Source: Phoronis australis
Taxonomy: Eukaryota > Animalia > Phoronida
Length of the DNA stretch: 64,000 bases
Assembly: GCA_002633005.1 (NCBI GenBank)
Contig: NMRA01000009.1
Coordinates: 915,169-979,168, forward strand
Direction: 5' to 3'
The position numbers and the translations under genes were made by a program. Within the stretch, counting starts at the first letter, position 1, and the number at the start of each line of letters is the position of its first letter. Below, piece by piece: positions 61,401 through 64,000 of the stretch. The notes under the pieces are model-generated. The model made no database searches and had not been told where the DNA came from. It was given only the letters and a program-made list of their open reading frames with translations.

Positions 61401-63098
61401 AATTTTCAAAATAATATCACAAAAATATTGATTTCATTTCATGCATTTTTTATTTTTTTCATATTTAATAGATATAAAAGTCCTACTTTTTACCCCCTCT
61501 TGCAAAAAGTGGAACATTTTCAAAGAAATTCTACCAAACAGCATTTTGGAGAACACATTATACAGTATGGTATCTGAAAGTTTCATATGAATATTATTAG
61601 CCGTTTCTCAGATATGTTCGCGAGTTAGCCAAATCTGGACATTTTTCTAAAAGTGTCCTACAACACGTTTGAAATCACTCGTGCAGTGCAGCTGTGGAAA
61701 CTCAGACTAAAACATTTTATTCACCACTAGGGGGAGCAATGTAAGTTCATACCATACACAAAAAGTCCCACTGTCTCCAGAACTGAAATTTTGTGAAAAC
61801 TACACTTTAATGGAAGTTTAATAATAGAGACAAGAAATGAATAAACACAAAAGGGCACAGCAGTTGCCGAATCGGTACAAAAGTTGGAACTTGTCCTCAT
61901 CTCTACAAAGGAAACACTTCAGTTTCAAGATTCATCACGGGGTATTTGAGATGTAGAGATAGGGGTCTGACTGTAAGACAAAGATGACAGCCACATGTAC
62001 TCACATGTGGGTTCTTAAGAACGGAAAATTGGGCAATTACTTTGTGCAAAATAGGACAGATATAACAATAGCCAGAGTAATGCCCTACTTACCTGTCTGA
62101 CACTGGTGATACATTTTATAAGCTGATTCATCACATACTAGTTCTTCATCATTTGCTAATTCCTGCCCAGGCAGATACACTTTGGCATCTACTGAACTTT
62201 CTGAAAAATAAAACAGACATGCAAAAAATTGAGATCTACAATTGTTTCCTCGTCCATCTTCAGCCTCCTATTACATACCTAATTTGCAATCAGATAAACA
62301 AAACTTAATTGTAAAACAGACATGTTGCAACAAAAATGAGCATGCAAAATCATGAACAGTGAATACGTGGAGTCATTTCACTATCGAACCTTAGTCACCA
62401 CCATCCCAAGCTGCTGTTTTCAACCCGACTTTGAAAGGTCACGTCAAAATTACAAACTTCTAACTGAAAATCAAGTAAGCGAGAGTAAATCTTTTCAGTA
62501 AAGCAATAAACAAATTCCATTAGGTCCATTCTTTTTATTATGTATAATTAGGAACAATAAATCATGTTCAAAAGTAACACAAAGGATTCCATTCAAAACA
62601 TGAACAAGGTTTTCAAAAATGGTGCGGCATGAGACTTAAACTGCACATCAAATCTATATTATCTCCAACTAACCTGCCCATCTCAGAGGAGCGGGGGTAG
62701 GATGATTATCTCCTACTAACCTGCCCATCTCAGAGGAGCGGGGGTAGGATGATTATCTCCTACTAACCTGCCCATCTCAGAGGAGCGGGGTAGGATGATT
62801 ATCTCCAACTAACCTGGCCATCTCAGAGGAGCGGGGGTAGGACGAGTGGAAAGACAAACAATTTTAAGTAGAAATTCAAAAGGTAGTGCCATTTTGAACA
62901 ACTTATTGTGCCCAAATTTGATGATAAAAAGTACTTACTTAAGCAGTGTCTTAGAAATTGCGAACACATGGTTCCAACTTGTGTCAAAGTACGTACCCTC
63001 GCCGTCCTCCCCCATGTCTTCATCGTCATCATCACCATCACCATCAATGAACTCCACATCATCAGACACTTCATCTCCGTCATTCATTGCAGTATCTC
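52418..63098 (-). CDS. GRWD1: Glutamate-rich WD repeat-containing protein 1 (Rrb1 homologue); exons 63098-62997, 62200-62093, 60406-60144, 60001-59791, 57272-57130, 56886-56689, 52729-52418; first exon possibly outside the window
   Basis: Acidic N-terminus; KVYLPGQEL..DEELVCDESAYKMYHQCQTG|APCLSFD...FPLTCYVVAGTQA...HNGGVNRIR...GHQVEGFALDWS...HTASVEDIQWSPNE...VFASCSVDKSIRIWD...DVNVISWN...QLLFIHQGQKDIKELHWH...GFNIFRTISV*. GT-AG junctions are in phase. Confidence 0.95.
53090..56626 (-). mobile_element. Helentron-associated element, copy 3 (reverse), split by a hAT-like insertion
   Basis: 5' end at 56626 on the minus strand (GCGCCCACATATTTTTATGTGGGGC). The sequence resumes at 53633 as GGTCCCACTACCGCTATGCCCCCTAGTGGC, collinear with copy 1. 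Left boundary approximate. Confidence 0.65.
53634..56505. mobile_element. hAT-like non-autonomous DNA transposon with 8 bp TSD
   Basis: CATAG...CTATG termini. Subterminal inverted CATAGACCGGGCGC and TGACGCCATATTGGA at both ends. Flanks GTGGGACC (53626-33) and GTCGGACC (56506-13), one mismatch. Confidence 0.72.
58088..59320 (-). mobile_element. Helentron-associated element of a second family
   Basis: On the minus strand: subTIR ACTCTGCG plus IR CAGAGT, (CTT/ATT)n microsatellite at 59230-59262, internal duplicated blocks (58380-58700 vs 58815-59115), 3' CGCAGAGT then the hairpin TTATTGTCACG-CGTGACAATAA at 58092-58114. Confidence 0.7.
62658..62843. repeat. Tandem repeat, 47 bp x 4, in GRWD1 intron
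   Basis: ATTATCTCC(T/A)ACTAACCTGCCCATCTCAGAGGAGCGGGGGTAGGATG. Confidence 0.92.
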
Positions 63099-64000
63099 CT
63101 GTGAGAAAGGATGGGTTTAAAGACATAAGCAACCTCCTGAAAAATCCATCTACGGTTGAATGGAACTTATGAGACCAAGACATTGATGCTTAAGCCCAGG
63201 TGAAGTGTAATTTGGAGAAAATCCAGCATACATTTCGTATCAGGATGTGTCACAGCCTATATAATGAGTATTTTTGAAGGTCACGTGAAGAGACCAGAGG
63301 CTTATTCTTTTAAAATCTTCTTGTAGGTACTTTTTGTATTAGCTGTGAAGGTATCAATCATTCCAATTGAAAACCTTGTCTGACAAAAGTGTCAAGTAAG
63401 CTAGCACATTTGGACACAACTTGTTGCAGGCAACACGTCGCTTGCAATTTGTAACAGGGGCAACATCAGTCTCTATCACTTTATGAAGCCATTTAAACCC
63501 CACATATTTTAAACAGCGGGAGCCAAATTCCCGCTACCTGGTAGGAAGTATTCACCTCGTCAAAGATACAAGTTGCACTTAAAATTAGTTATAAAACCCT
63601 TCAATCTCTTCAGCAAATTCTTCCTTGTGCCTGGCGATTTTTACACTGTGCACGCCAAGGGGATACGACGTCATACCACCTACATTGTGCAGTGTTAAAT
63701 ATGGAGAGTTTCCGATTTTGGGAACTGAACGAGGGACTTTTCTCCGAGTTGGAAGGAATTAAATACATTGATGGCCTCCTAGTAGTGAGAACAGCATATT
63801 TAAATTTTTTTAGAGAATTATGCATGTAATATACATTATAAGAAAGCTCTTCCCGAGACTAAGAGAAAGGTGCAAAAAATTTTTAAAATCAGACTTACGG
63901 TTCCGGAGAAAATGTTTTTGTGTCAAAATCTGGGAGTCAACCGACACTCACCTTGCCCGTTACAACCGTTTAAGTGAAAGACAATGCAACAAACGTCGTT

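Noticed and set aside
61120-61860. Possible MITE containing CCACTAGGGGGAG at ~61724
   Set aside because: I could not define matching termini or a TSD, and a single CTCF-like motif is not enough to call a feature.

Overview
AT-rich animal genomic DNA with spliceosomal introns, probably a marine invertebrate judging from its repeat families (inference; I cannot identify the species). Manual splice reconstruction supports six protein-coding genes. These are the 3' exon of an arrestin-domain gene (+), a CD225/dispanin-like gene with a decapeptide-repeat tail (-), a 3-exon BRI3-like gene (+), MLST8 (-, 8 coding exons), CIAO3/NARFL (+, 10 exons) and GRWD1 (-, 7 exons; its 5' end may lie beyond the window). 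Intronic and intergenic DNA is packed with nested DNA transposons (Kolobok, Academ, hAT-like, Harbinger-like MITE, Helentron-associated elements), an RLE-type LINE fragment, SINE remnants and minisatellites. No CRISPR array or prokaryote-type system is present, and nothing here establishes a wholly new biological system. The best leads are: (1) repeated tandem duplications centred on splice junctions of MLST8 and CIAO3, creating out-of-frame decoy splice sites; (2) Helentron-like elements carrying arrays of co-oriented CTCF-like motifs about 150 bp apart; (3) a U12-type intron in MLST8 and a U12-like branch point paired with a U2 donor in GRWD1; (4) MLST8 and CIAO3 start codons only 149 bp apart; (5) a Kolobok element whose long TIRs each carry ETS/E2F-like motifs and an inward-facing start codon.
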